Assembly: GCA_038044245.1 (NCBI GenBank)
Contig: JBBTAK010000011.1
Location: 1-43,038, forward strand
Direction of reading: 5' to 3'
Length of the DNA stretch: 43,038 nucleotides
Origin: Nanobdellota archaeon
GTDB taxonomy: Archaea; Nanobdellota; Nanobdellia; Pacearchaeales; GW2011-AR1
The notes beneath the pieces are model-generated. The model was not told the origin of the DNA and did no database searches. It saw nothing but the letters and a program-made list of their open reading frames with translations. Below are positions 17,412 through 25,907 of this stretch, in pieces. The translations under genes and the position numbers were made by a program. How positions within the stretch are numbered: the first letter of the stretch is position 1; the number at the start of each line of letters is the position of its first letter.

Positions 17412-17425
17412 TGAGCTACGGAGCC
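17412..17425. repeat. 14-bp direct repeat of tRNA-Lys positions 1-14
   Basis: tgagctacggagcc is identical to 17340-17353. It lies 58 nt upstream of the tRNA in the same orientation. Confidence 0.6.
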
Positions 17426-17494
17426 AATAACCAAACAATCTACAAGAAGTTTAAAAATATTCGGTTTTTGTTCTCTTTTAAGGGAATTTTTAAA

Positions 17495-18061
17495 TTACAC
17501 GGAAACAAATTTTATTGTTGCGCCTGCCATCTTCCTGTGGAAATCGAGATCAGGGCCAACATTCTTTGTTTTAAAAATTACCAAATCCAAGCCTTCCCAG
17601 AAAAGGAACCAGCCTGCAGGCTCAAGAAGGATGGTAAAAAAACTTGTTATAAGACTTTCATTTTTGAACTTGAAGAAGATATAAGTGGCTACAAACATTA
17701 AGACAATTCCCAGAGCAGTGAAAGAAAGCCCTGTTTTTATTGTCTTCTTTTTATCCTTCTCCAGAATAGCAAGGTGCTTTCTGAAGTATTTCTTTAATCT
17801 GTCCTCTATCCTTGCCTCTTCCTTTATGTTTCTCTTTTCTTTTGGAATCATAAAGATAAAGTCTATTTTTTCTTCCTTGACAGCACATGCTCTTTTTGCC
17901 TCAGAAAGGAAGTCATCAGAAAATCCTTTCAAGGGCACAGGTCTTGGGTCAAAATCAGAGAAAATGTCTTCATATCTATTTATTGCAAATCTTACCTCAG
18001 AATTTTCCCAAGAGGCCATGTCTTCTTTCTCTTTTTTCATTAAACATCCAAGCCAAGACAA
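17495..18061 (-). CDS. Hypothetical protein, soluble N-domain + two C-terminal TM helices
   Basis: 188 aa. TM helices GLSFTALGIVLMFVATYIFF and FFTILLEPAGWFLFWEGLDLVIF. No family recognised. Confidence 0.55.
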   Translation of the reverse strand: MSWLGCLMKKEKEDMASWENSEVRFAINRYEDIFSDFDPRPVPLKGFSDDFLSEAKRACAVKEEKIDFIFMIPKEKRNIKEEARIEDRLKKYFRKHLAILEKDKKKTIKTGLSFTALGIVLMFVATYIFFKFKNESLITSFFTILLEPAGWFLFWEGLDLVIFKTKNVGPDLDFHRKMAGATIKFVSV

Positions 18062-18088
18062 TTTAAAATCCTATCTGTAGCCTGCTTT

Positions 18089-19006
18089 TTATTTAGAATT
18101 AATAAAATGTTTCATTGCAGGAAGAACTCTGCTAAACAGGTATTCGACACCTTGTCTAGGCGTCATTTCTGTAATATTATCACTAGGCTTTACTTCTCCA
18201 AAACCACTTAAAGTTTGCAAAATTGGGTGATATCCAGAGTGCGTTGTTTCGAAAACCTTAAACAACTCTCCAATAGCCTTATCTTTTTTCTCTTCTTGCC
18301 CAAAAGCATTAAGACCTTGAGAGAAAGGAATTGTGCTTTTTCTCTTGGAAAGTTCAACCATTTTTGGATAATACTCGCCCTTTGTTAATCTCTGCCAGGG
18401 GGTTCTTGTTTCTTGATTCATACATCCGTCTGTGTATGGATTATCAAATTGCCAAATTCCTTTTTTATTTTTTAGCCACCTAAGAGGGAAGCTAATTTCT
18501 TCAGATAAACACTCCTTTTCTGTAACCTCTTGAACAGCAGGAACAGGAAGAAAATCTCTGAAAGCATATGAGCCTATATGCAATCTTCCAAAATTTGAAA
18601 ATTTCCAACCTCTTCTGTCAACTTTTGATGCAGGACCAAAAGATATTCTTGCAACAAGCCCCCTGTCTTTTCCATGCAAATATCTTTTAGAACAATATCC
18701 TAAGTCATCACTATGCACGTCTCTTACATATAAAACTGCCCCAATATCATCATGTCCAGCCTTAGAAGTCCACATGAATGCAGGAATTTTAGTATCAAGA
18801 ACTCGAACCCCTCTTTTAATGGCTTGCTCAACAAGAGAAGGTAAACCGGAAACATTTATTCTTGCAAATTGCCAAAAACCTAATAGACTATCGGGAGCAA
18901 GCTGTGCAAATCTCTCAGAAGATGGCTCATGTGCAAAGCCCATCTCGTTATGCATATCCTCTTTTAATACTGCATGACTATCTATTGGCGCAACTGCAAT
19001 TTCCAT
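18089..19006 (-). CDS. Hypothetical soluble protein, Trp/His-rich, unknown family
   Basis: 305-aa ORF with no TM segment. Composition is like the core genes. It lies 27 nt upstream of the 188-aa membrane protein gene. I recognise no motif. Confidence 0.6.
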   Translation of the reverse strand: MEIAVAPIDSHAVLKEDMHNEMGFAHEPSSERFAQLAPDSLLGFWQFARINVSGLPSLVEQAIKRGVRVLDTKIPAFMWTSKAGHDDIGAVLYVRDVHSDDLGYCSKRYLHGKDRGLVARISFGPASKVDRRGWKFSNFGRLHIGSYAFRDFLPVPAVQEVTEKECLSEEISFPLRWLKNKKGIWQFDNPYTDGCMNQETRTPWQRLTKGEYYPKMVELSKRKSTIPFSQGLNAFGQEEKKDKAIGELFKVFETTHSGYHPILQTLSGFGEVKPSDNITEMTPRQGVEYLFSRVLPAMKHFINSK

Positions 19007-19087
19007 TATCTTTTACTAACTTGTTTACTTTTTAAATAAACTTATATTTTGATATAACTATTGAGTTGTCTGAGAAGAAATATTTTT

Positions 19088-19402
19088 TTACCTGTACTCT
19101 CTCCAGGTAAACTCGCATTTCGTGCATTTGAAGAACTTGGTCTCTGCTTCGTCTGTTGCTCTTGTCTGCAGGGTCCAGAAGTATGCCTTCTTGTTCCCGC
19201 ACTTTTCGCACGGCTTGTCCAGATCAACTATTGGATAAACCTCAACATCTTTTTCCTTGATTATTGCAACCTCTTTCTTGCTGCCAATTTTTTCAGAAGT
19301 CTTGATCTTCATCTTTGATTTTGAAGAATAGCCGCATCTTTGGCAACCCATGTTTTTGGTCTTCATTACCAGAACTGAACCGCATCTCGGACAAAATTCC
19401 AT
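19088..19402 (-). CDS. tfs: Transcription factor S (TFS) / RpoM-like
   Basis: N-terminal CPRCG...CQRCG ribbon. C-terminal CEKCG...QTRATDEAET..FKCTKC ribbon carries the acidic loop. Confidence 0.85.
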   Translation of the reverse strand: MEFCPRCGSVLVMKTKNMGCQRCGYSSKSKMKIKTSEKIGSKKEVAIIKEKDVEVYPIVDLDKPCEKCGNKKAYFWTLQTRATDEAETKFFKCTKCEFTWREYR

Positions 19403-19538
19403 TTTTATCTTGTTTTTATTTATGTTTTATTAGTTTAATTTATCTTCATTTACCTGTTTCAGTGTAAAATCCAACATTCAGTTTTAACACTTAATTATTA
19501 ATTAACCTATTAAATAAGTTCCTTTAATAATATTTCTA

Positions 19539-20168
19539 CTATCTCTCGCTGCACATGCCTCTTTCCTCAATTGGTTTTTGCCAATCATAAAATACCAGCT
19601 TTACCCATCCCAGATAAGGAACAACCTTTACTATAGCTTTTCCGACAAGCATGTCTTCTGTTATTCCTTTTTCAAATTCAAGCTGCCCGTTGTTGTTGTC
19701 TCCTATAGTTGAAAAGACCCTTTCCCCATTCATGTTTCTTATCCTAACTATCCTGTGTATCACTGGATTTCTCTGATTTGCATTGAAAATTATCACATCC
19801 CCTTCCTCTAGTTTTTCAGGGTTTGCTCTTATAACAAACAAAATATCCCCCTTGTTAAACCCGTTCTTTAGGGGAAAACTCTGAAAATCTGTTTCGTTTA
19901 CGGCAAGTTTTGAATATTTGTCCTCATGATTCTGCCACCACTCATCAAAATTGGAAAACAATCCCCCTTGATGGTACATGCTGCAGGATTCCACTATTGC
20001 CAAAGGAAGGGAAGTTCCTGTTATAAGGCCCAGAACAGGAAAGAAAATGAACTTTATGAAGACGAAGAGAAAGACCAGAGAAAAGATCCATCCTTTAAAG
20101 CTGTCATCTCTCCAGAGAAGATTCCAGAATTTTCCGAAGAATTTTTTTGTCCCCTCTTTTAAATTCAT
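19539..20168 (-). CDS. Signal peptidase I (S26, archaeal/Sec11 type)
   Basis: N-terminal TM helix. Nucleophile box ESCSMYH (SxSM). GDVIIFNA, PVIHRIVRI, TIGDNNNG. Confidence 0.8.
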   Translation of the reverse strand: MNLKEGTKKFFGKFWNLLWRDDSFKGWIFSLVFLFVFIKFIFFPVLGLITGTSLPLAIVESCSMYHQGGLFSNFDEWWQNHEDKYSKLAVNETDFQSFPLKNGFNKGDILFVIRANPEKLEEGDVIIFNANQRNPVIHRIVRIRNMNGERVFSTIGDNNNGQLEFEKGITEDMLVGKAIVKVVPYLGWVKLVFYDWQKPIEERGMCSER

Positions 20169-20217
20169 TAGATGCTTAATCAGCGCAGGTTTTTAAAATA
20201 TTTCAAAATCACCGAAA

Positions 20218-20262
20218 TATTTAAATAGTATACTCTGTCTGTGTATACACTGAAGTGTATAC
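20218..20262 (+). promoter_or_regulatory. TATA box followed by three GTATAC palindromic cores (operator-like)
   Basis: TATTTAAATA at 20218-20227. GTATAC at 20228-20233, 20243-20248 (within the 10-bp palindrome GTGTATACAC) and 20257-20262. Spacing is 15 and 14 bp. Confidence 0.4.
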
Positions 20263-20821
20263 CACCTCTTTTCAACCCAACTGCTGTGTCTTCGGTGAAT
20301 GCCAAAAGGCACGGTGGTTTAAACTCAAACAAAAAACAAAAAAGGCACAAAAACAAGAAACAGAAATGGCAGACATCTTTGACAATCCAATACTCTGCAA
20401 GAACTGCAATTCCAGAATGAAGAAGGCAAGCGTTGAGAAAAACGGATTTCTATTAAGGGCTGTTGCATGTGAAAAATGCAATAACAAGATTATCCATCCT
20501 AATGATGAGGCAGAATATCATAAATTTGCTATCTTAAAAAATAAAGAATTTATGGTAAAGATGAGGCTTGTCGGCAACAGCTATGCTGTTTCAATCCCTA
20601 AAGAGATAGTGTCTTTCATAAGAGCGCAGGAAAAAATCATGAATGACATGGTGAAACTCTGCTTTGAAGATTTTGGAAGATTAAGCTTAAGTTTTAGCGA
20701 GCAAATTAAACAGCAGGGAAAACAGAAAGAGGCAGTTCATTCAACTCATTCAACTCGTTTAAACATTCCAAATATTGTTGAATTTGAAAAAATAAAAAAA
20801 CAAAATAAGGAGGAAAAATGA
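20255..20821 (+). CDS. Zn-ribbon + AbrB/SpoVT-like domain protein
   Basis: CKNCN...CEKCN ribbon followed by MRLVGNSYAVSIPKEIVSFI (AbrB-like). The listed start is a GTG at 20255. ATG at 20366 (MADIFDN...) is an equally plausible start. Confidence 0.55.
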   Translation: MYTTSFQPNCCVFGECQKARWFKLKQKTKKAQKQETEMADIFDNPILCKNCNSRMKKASVEKNGFLLRAVACEKCNNKIIHPNDEAEYHKFAILKNKEFMVKMRLVGNSYAVSIPKEIVSFIRAQEKIMNDMVKLCFEDFGRLSLSFSEQIKQQGKQKEAVHSTHSTRLNIPNIVEFEKIKKQNKEEK

Positions 20822-20955
20822 GATTTGTCTTAGAAATAAGCGAAAAGGAAAGGGATGCTGTAAGAAAAGCAGGAAAAGAGATAAAGAACGTATTCAGGAA
20901 AATTTCTGGCAGCTTTAAGATAAAAGTAGTCAAAAACAAAAAAGAGCAAAAATAA
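20818..20955 (+). CDS. Hypothetical 45-aa protein (not in the ORF track)
   Basis: MRFVLEISEKERDAVRKAGKEIKNVFRKISGSFKIKVVKNKKEQK. ATG overlaps the upstream stop (ATGA). AAGGAGG lies 4-10 nt upstream. The stop is 1 nt before the cdc48 ATG. Confidence 0.4.
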   Translation: MRFVLEISEKERDAVRKAGKEIKNVFRKISGSFKIKVVKNKKEQK

Positions 20956-20956
20956 A

Positions 20957-23278
20957 ATGGACAAAAAGGAAGTTCAGCTGAAGGTTGTTGAAGCGCAGCA
21001 GGATGATGCATACAAGGGCATTGCAAGGATAGACGGGGAAATAATGAGAGAGCTTGGAATAAAAAGGGGCGATGTGATTGTCATCAAAGGAAACAGGGAA
21101 ACAGTCGCAATTGCCGATAGGGCATACCCTGCAGACGTTGGTGAAGGAATAATAAGAATAGATGGAATATTAAGAAGAAATGCAAAGACAGGAATAGGAG
21201 AAGCTGTAAAGGTTTCAAAAGCAGATGTCAAAGAAGCAAAAAAAATGACGATAGCTCCTGCACAAAAGAATATAATGGTGCAGGCAGAGCCAGAAAATTT
21301 GAGAAGAGGCCTTCTTGGAAGAGCTGTTGTCAAAGGAGATTTAGTTGTTCTCGGAGGAGTCCAGAGAAGAAGGGACCTTCTCTCTGACGAGTTTGGGGGA
21401 GAATTTGGCGACATGCTTGGAGATATGTTTGGAAACATGGGTTTCGGGCAGATTGGAGGAATAACACAAATCAAATTCATCGTGGTAAACGCCAATCCCT
21501 CTCAGCCGGTGATAATAACAGAGAATACTCAAGTTACTCTCAGCCCAAAGGCAGTTGAAATAACAGAAGAGAACATACCTGAAATAACTTATGAAGATAT
21601 CGGTGGATTGTCTGACGAAATAAAAAAGATAAGGGAAATGGTGGAAATTCCGCTGAAACACCCGGAGATTTTTGAAAGGCTTGCTATTGAACCTCCAAAA
21701 GGAGTTCTTCTTCATGGTCCACCAGGAACAGGAAAAACCCTGCTTGCAAAAGCTGTTGCAACAGAGACTGAAGCAAATTTTATTTTGCTTAACGGGCCTG
21801 AAATAATGAGCAAATTCTATGGTGAAAGTGAAAAGAAAATCCGTGATATTTTTGATGAGGCTGAAAAAACAGCTCCTGCAATAATATTCATAGATGAAAT
21901 AGATGCAATTGCCCCAAAGAGAGAAGAAGTCATGGGAGAAGTTGAGAGACGCGTTGTTTCCCAGTTATTGACCATGATGGATGGACTGAAATCGAGAGGT
22001 AAAGTCATAGTAATAGGAGCATCAAACAGGCCAAATTCATTAGACCCTGCCTTGAGAAGGCCTGGAAGATTTGACAGAGAGATAGAACTAAATGTTCCTG
22101 GAAAAGAAGGAAGGCTTTCAATACTTAAGATTCATACAAGGGGAATGCCTCTTCAGAAAGATGTGAATCTTAAAGAAATAGCTTCTGTAACCCATGGATT
22201 TGTCGGAGCTGATTTGGAATCTTTGTGTAAGGAAGCAGCCATGATAGTCCTTAGAAAAGTACTGCCAAAGATGAAAATGGAAGGAGATGAAGAAATCTCC
22301 GCAGATATTCTTGAAAAACTTATAATCAAACATGAAGATTTTACAGAAGCGCTTAAAGTTGTTCGCCCTTCTGCTATGCGTGAAGTGCTGGTTGAAACTC
22401 CCAATATAGGATGGGTAGATATAGGGGGACTTGAAAGCATAAAGCAAGAATTAAAGGAAGCTGTTGAATGGCCTATTAAATATCCAGAAACTTTTGTAAG
22501 AATGGGAATAAGGCCCTCACGTGGAATTCTCCTTTATGGTCCTCCAGGAACAGGAAAAACTCTGCTTGCAAAAGCTGTTGCCAAAGAAGCTGAGGCAAAT
22601 TTCATACAGGTGAAAGGGCCAAGCCTTCTTTCTATGTGGGTCGGAAAAAGCGAGGAAGGAATGAGAAAAATATTTGAAAGAGCAAGGCAAGTTGCCCCCT
22701 GTATAGTATTTTTTGACGAAGTAGATGCGCTTGCAAGCAAGAGGGGAATAGATGCCGGAACCCGTGTGACAGAACGTGTTTTAAACCAGATGCTTGCAGA
22801 AATGGATGGTCTTGAGGACTTGAATGATATTCTTGTCATAGGAGCAACGAACAGGCCAGATATGTTGGACCCTGGATTGTTAAGGCCAGGAAGATTTGAC
22901 AAGATTTTCCTTATAGGATCTCCTGATGAAAAAGGAAGATTGCAGATTCTTGAAATTCACACAAAAAAGATGCCTATAGGCGACGGAAAAAAACTCCTAG
23001 CTCCTGAAAAAAGAGACCTTATCTTGAAAGACCTTGCCAAGAAAACAGAAGGATATACCGGCGCTGACCTTGAGGCTGTTGCGAGAGAAGCAGCCATGCT
23101 TTCCCTTAGAGAATCAATAGAATCAAAGTTTGTTACAGAAGATCATTTTCTTGAATCATTGAAAAAGGTAAAGCCGAGCGTAAGCAAGCCAATCCTTGAG
23201 GTTTACAAGAAAATAGAGGACAATTTCCTCAAGACCGCAAAGACAGCAATATCTTCTGAAGGAAGCTATTTGGGATAG
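20957..23278 (+). CDS. cdc48: CDC48/VCP-type AAA+ ATPase (N domain + D1 + D2)
   Basis: Double-psi-barrel N domain (RGDVIVIKG...). Two AAA modules, each with [15 protein letters not shown] and a Walker B (IIFIDEIDA / IVFFDEVDA). Confidence 0.93.
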   Translation: MDKKEVQLKVVEAQQDDAYKGIARIDGEIMRELGIKRGDVIVIKGNRETVAIADRAYPADVGEGIIRIDGILRRNAKTGIGEAVKVSKADVKEAKKMTIAPAQKNIMVQAEPENLRRGLLGRAVVKGDLVVLGGVQRRRDLLSDEFGGEFGDMLGDMFGNMGFGQIGGITQIKFIVVNANPSQPVIITENTQVTLSPKAVEITEENIPEITYEDIGGLSDEIKKIREMVEIPLKHPEIFERLAIEPPKGVLLHGPPGTGKTLLAKAVATETEANFILLNGPEIMSKFYGESEKKIRDIFDEAEKTAPAIIFIDEIDAIAPKREEVMGEVERRVVSQLLTMMDGLKSRGKVIVIGASNRPNSLDPALRRPGRFDREIELNVPGKEGRLSILKIHTRGMPLQKDVNLKEIASVTHGFVGADLESLCKEAAMIVLRKVLPKMKMEGDEEISADILEKLIIKHEDFTEALKVVRPSAMREVLVETPNIGWVDIGGLESIKQELKEAVEWPIKYPETFVRMGIRPSRGILLYGPPGTGKTLLAKAVAKEAEANFIQVKGPSLLSMWVGKSEEGMRKIFERARQVAPCIVFFDEVDALASKRGIDAGTRVTERVLNQMLAEMDGLEDLNDILVIGATNRPDMLDPGLLRPGRFDKIFLIGSPDEKGRLQILEIHTKKMPIGDGKKLLAPEKRDLILKDLAKKTEGYTGADLEAVAREAAMLSLRESIESKFVTEDHFLESLKKVKPSVSKPILEVYKKIEDNFLKTAKTAISSEGSYLG

Positions 23279-23308
23279 TTTTATAAATCATCGTTGAAAG
23301 AAAATTCT

Positions 23309-23722
23309 ATGGGAAATAAAGAAATAATTTTATATGCAGATGATGAGCCTAACATGAGAAATTTAGTGAAAGATATCCTTGAACTTGATTTTCCTGCTTA
23401 TAATATAGAAGTTTTTGGAGATGGCTCTTCTCTTGAAGAAAGATTGATGAAAGGAACTGAAAATGTTGGGTTAGTTGTTACAGATAATGAGATGCCTGGA
23501 ATTATTGGAAGTGAGATAATAAAAAAATATTCTAAAAGACCTGGTTTTGAAAATATTCCATTTGTTTTATGCTATGCTGGAAATGTATCTTTGGGAGCAT
23601 ATTTAGTAAAAGAAGGCTATGCCTTTTCATATTTAGAAAAACCTTTTGGAATTAAAGACCTTAGAAGAACATTGAAAAATGCTCTTGCTTCTGTAAAAGA
23701 CCCTACAGCGTCGTCACAGTGA
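23309..23722 (+). CDS. Stand-alone response-regulator receiver (CheY-like) domain protein
   Basis: ILYADDEPNMRNLV, phospho-acceptor region LVVTDNEMPG, and a conserved Lys region (EKPF). TTTTATAAAT at 23279-23288 favours the ATG at 23309 over the TTG at 23294. Confidence 0.7.
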   Translation: MGNKEIILYADDEPNMRNLVKDILELDFPAYNIEVFGDGSSLEERLMKGTENVGLVVTDNEMPGIIGSEIIKKYSKRPGFENIPFVLCYAGNVSLGAYLVKEGYAFSYLEKPFGIKDLRRTLKNALASVKDPTASSQ

Positions 23723-24587
23723 CCCTGTCTTTTTCTACTAAAATAGTTTCCTCTGCCTGGCTGACTTTTGAACCAGAAATCTCAACGAGCTGGGAAAACT
23801 GATGAAGATTCCCGTTTCTTTCCAATTCCTTCAAAGTAAACAATCCTCTGGACCCGAATTTTTTAAAAATCCACCTGGAACAAAATGGCAATGTGCTGTG
23901 CTCTTTGATTATGTATTTCAAAACCTCTCTTGCCACAGGGCTTCTAGGGTTTTTCTCAGATTTTAATTCGTAAATCCCAGAGGGTTTTCCATCACGAATC
24001 TTTCCAGAGCCAGGAGTTGCGAAAGGTTCTATGGCATAAATGCCCTCTTTTAATTTGATATCACGGCCATCATTAATATTTGGTATGCTGATTCCTGCAT
24101 GCAGGCTGTAATGCTCCATGCTGTGCCCGGAAAGGTTTATTATCGGGGAAAAGCCGTGAGATTCCATAACTTTTGAGATAACAGAACCAATTTGGTCTGT
24201 TGAGACATTTAGTTTTATTGCATCCAGAGCTTTTTTTAAAGCTTCTTCTGCTGCGTTTATTAATTTCCTGTTTTCTTCTGAACCATCCAAATTAACAGAA
24301 AAAGAATTGTCTGCTGTCCAGCCATCAATATGAACTCCAAAATCAACCTTTAATAATCCGCTTGCCAGTGTTTTATCATCATGGACAGGAGTGTAGTGTG
24401 CCGCTATTTCATTCATGCTTAGATTAACTGGAAATGCCGGTTTTCCTCCAAGCTCTAAAATTTTAGATTCAATCTTTTCTGCTATTTCAATCAGAGGAAC
24501 ACCTTTCTTTACAATGGTTCTTGCATAGACTTTTGTCTGTGAAGTTATTTTTCCTGCTTTCATAATCTTTTCTTTGTCTATTTCCAT
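23703..24587 (-). CDS. map: Methionine aminopeptidase, type 2 (archaeal)
   Basis: AFPVNLSMNEIAAHYTP, DFGVHIDGW, NLSGHSMEHY, AIEPFAT. ~295 aa. Confidence 0.88.
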   Translation of the reverse strand: MEIDKEKIMKAGKITSQTKVYARTIVKKGVPLIEIAEKIESKILELGGKPAFPVNLSMNEIAAHYTPVHDDKTLASGLLKVDFGVHIDGWTADNSFSVNLDGSEENRKLINAAEEALKKALDAIKLNVSTDQIGSVISKVMESHGFSPIINLSGHSMEHYSLHAGISIPNINDGRDIKLKEGIYAIEPFATPGSGKIRDGKPSGIYELKSEKNPRSPVAREVLKYIIKEHSTLPFCSRWIFKKFGSRGLFTLKELERNGNLHQFSQLVEISGSKVSQAEETILVEKDRVTVTTL

Positions 24588-24643
24588 ATTTTTATTGAAG
24601 AAAGAAATAGTTTTTAAGCTTATGGAATTAAAGAAATTAAAAA

Positions 24644-25375
24644 TTACCTTATCTTGAAAACAGCTGTCACGCTTGCAGAAATTTCCTGCTCGCTTGGTAC
24701 TATATCTGTTGCAGCTTGCTTTGCCTCTGCTGCACTAGTCCCAGAGAAATCGCGTGCAAGCCATGGAATATAACCATAATCATTTATTGAAACAGAAACA
24801 AGGCTTCCGAGTTTCTTGCCAAGCCCCTCTGCAACACCCTCTGCCTTTGAACTTGCATCCTGTGCAGCCAGTTTCATTGCTTCTGCCTTGTAATTATTCT
24901 GGCTTTCCTGGCTAAGTTCAAAATTCACATAGCTTATTCCTGCTCCTGCGTCAATGCCGGAATCTATGACATCCCCTATTTTTTCTGATTCACTTGCAGG
25001 AATTTCAACTTTCAAAGAATGTGTTGCTCTGTAACCTGTTATCTTTCCAGTGCCTGTCCTGTAATCATATTCAGGATAAACGCTGTAACTTGTTGTTTGT
25101 ATGTTTTCCTTGTCAAATCCTTTTGCTATTAAAGAATCCCTCATTGCATCTGTTATATTTGAGTTTTTGTCTGCAGCTTCATTGCTCGTTGCGCCCTGAG
25201 TATCAACTGAGAAATAAACTCCTATAATATCGGGCATTGCCTTTATTGTTGCTGTTCCAGCAACGCTTATGGTATTTTCATAAGAAGGTTTTATGGAGTT
25301 GATAAGGATCAATGCCAGTATAATTACCCCTGCAACTATTATAAGAGTTGTCTGAACTGATTTTTCAAGTTTCAT
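24644..25375 (-). CDS. SIMPL/DUF541-domain secreted protein
   Basis: N-terminal TM/signal sequence. ISVAGTATIKAMPDIIGVYFSVDTQG...YSVYPEYDY...GYRATHSLKVE is typical of the SIMPL family. Confidence 0.7.
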   Translation of the reverse strand: MKLEKSVQTTLIIVAGVIILALILINSIKPSYENTISVAGTATIKAMPDIIGVYFSVDTQGATSNEAADKNSNITDAMRDSLIAKGFDKENIQTTSYSVYPEYDYRTGTGKITGYRATHSLKVEIPASESEKIGDVIDSGIDAGAGISYVNFELSQESQNNYKAEAMKLAAQDASSKAEGVAEGLGKKLGSLVSVSINDYGYIPWLARDFSGTSAAEAKQAATDIVPSEQEISASVTAVFKIR

Positions 25376-25433
25376 TACACTTAAAGAAAAATAGTATTTA
25401 TAAATTTTGAGTGGAACCGGAATGGAACTAATT

Positions 25434-25907
25434 TTACCTTTGTTTTTCCCTTAATCTCCTGTTTTTTGGAATGAAGTTTCCTATTTTTTGCTCTGAAGCC
25501 TTGCCTGTTCCAAGAAAATCAAGACCATATTTCATTATCAGAAATCCGTGGCTCCCTGTTTTTATTGGAAGCTCGTGGCCTTTCATCCATTCTTCTGCCT
25601 GTTTTTCATCAAGCTCAAAAATGTTTTTCTTTATCTGCGAAGAAAGGATTTGCGAGCCCTCTATGCTCAGTCTTATTCCATTTTCTCCAGGAACAATCTT
25701 TGCGAAATAGGCACCAACTCTTTCTATTGGAGCCAGTTTTTCAAGGATATTCATCTCTTTCTCAGAAAGATTTCCCGAAAATAGAAAAAGCCTTTCTTCC
25801 CCCCTCTGCAGAATTATTCCCGGGATTTTTTCAATACCAAATTGTTCTCCAAGCTTTTCCTCAATCTTGGCTTTTTCTTTATTGTTCAGGATTTTTAGGT
25901 AGTTCAT
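25434..25907 (-). CDS. Nip7/UPF0113-like PUA-domain RNA-binding protein
   Basis: 157 aa. The C-terminal half (GFLIMKYGLDFLGTGKA...IGNFIPKNRR) is PUA-like. Start overlaps the stop of the upstream m5C methyltransferase gene. Confidence 0.5.
   Translation of the reverse strand: MNYLKILNNKEKAKIEEKLGEQFGIEKIPGIILQRGEERLFLFSGNLSEKEMNILEKLAPIERVGAYFAKIVPGENGIRLSIEGSQILSSQIKKNIFELDEKQAEEWMKGHELPIKTGSHGFLIMKYGLDFLGTGKASEQKIGNFIPKNRRLREKQR

Noticed and set aside
17114-17701. ORFs 17114-17314 (-) and 17411-17701 (+) as protein-coding genes.
   Set aside because: The first is composed of the tRNA-Lys 3' exon and intron. The second starts inside the duplicated tRNA 5' fragment and otherwise runs antisense to the 17495-18061 gene.
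20974-21495. Long antisense or out-of-frame ORFs in the track. Examples: 20974-21495 (-), 21341-21715 (-), 648-962 (-), 2017-2355 (-), 6982-7422 (-), 8276-8692 (-), 13079-13531 (+), 15123-15553 (+), 25471-26008 (+), 27118-27583 (+), 34297-34650 (+), 35372-36266 (+).
   Set aside because: Each lies inside a well-supported conserved gene on the other strand or in another frame. Their translations are low-complexity (S/F/L-rich) with no motifs. They are typical shadow ORFs of AT-rich coding DNA.
21716-22582. Near-identical ~45-nt DNA repeat (ggtcc.ccaggaacaggaaaaac.ctgcttgcaaaagctgttgc) at 21716-21760 and 22538-22582.
   Set aside because: These are the Walker A segments of the paralogous D1 and D2 AAA modules of CDC48, so this is not a mobile or regulatory repeat.
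23264-23278. C-terminal HbYX proteasome-docking motif on CDC48.
   Set aside because: The protein ends ...GSYLG, so the Tyr is not penultimate and the canonical HbYX pattern is not met.
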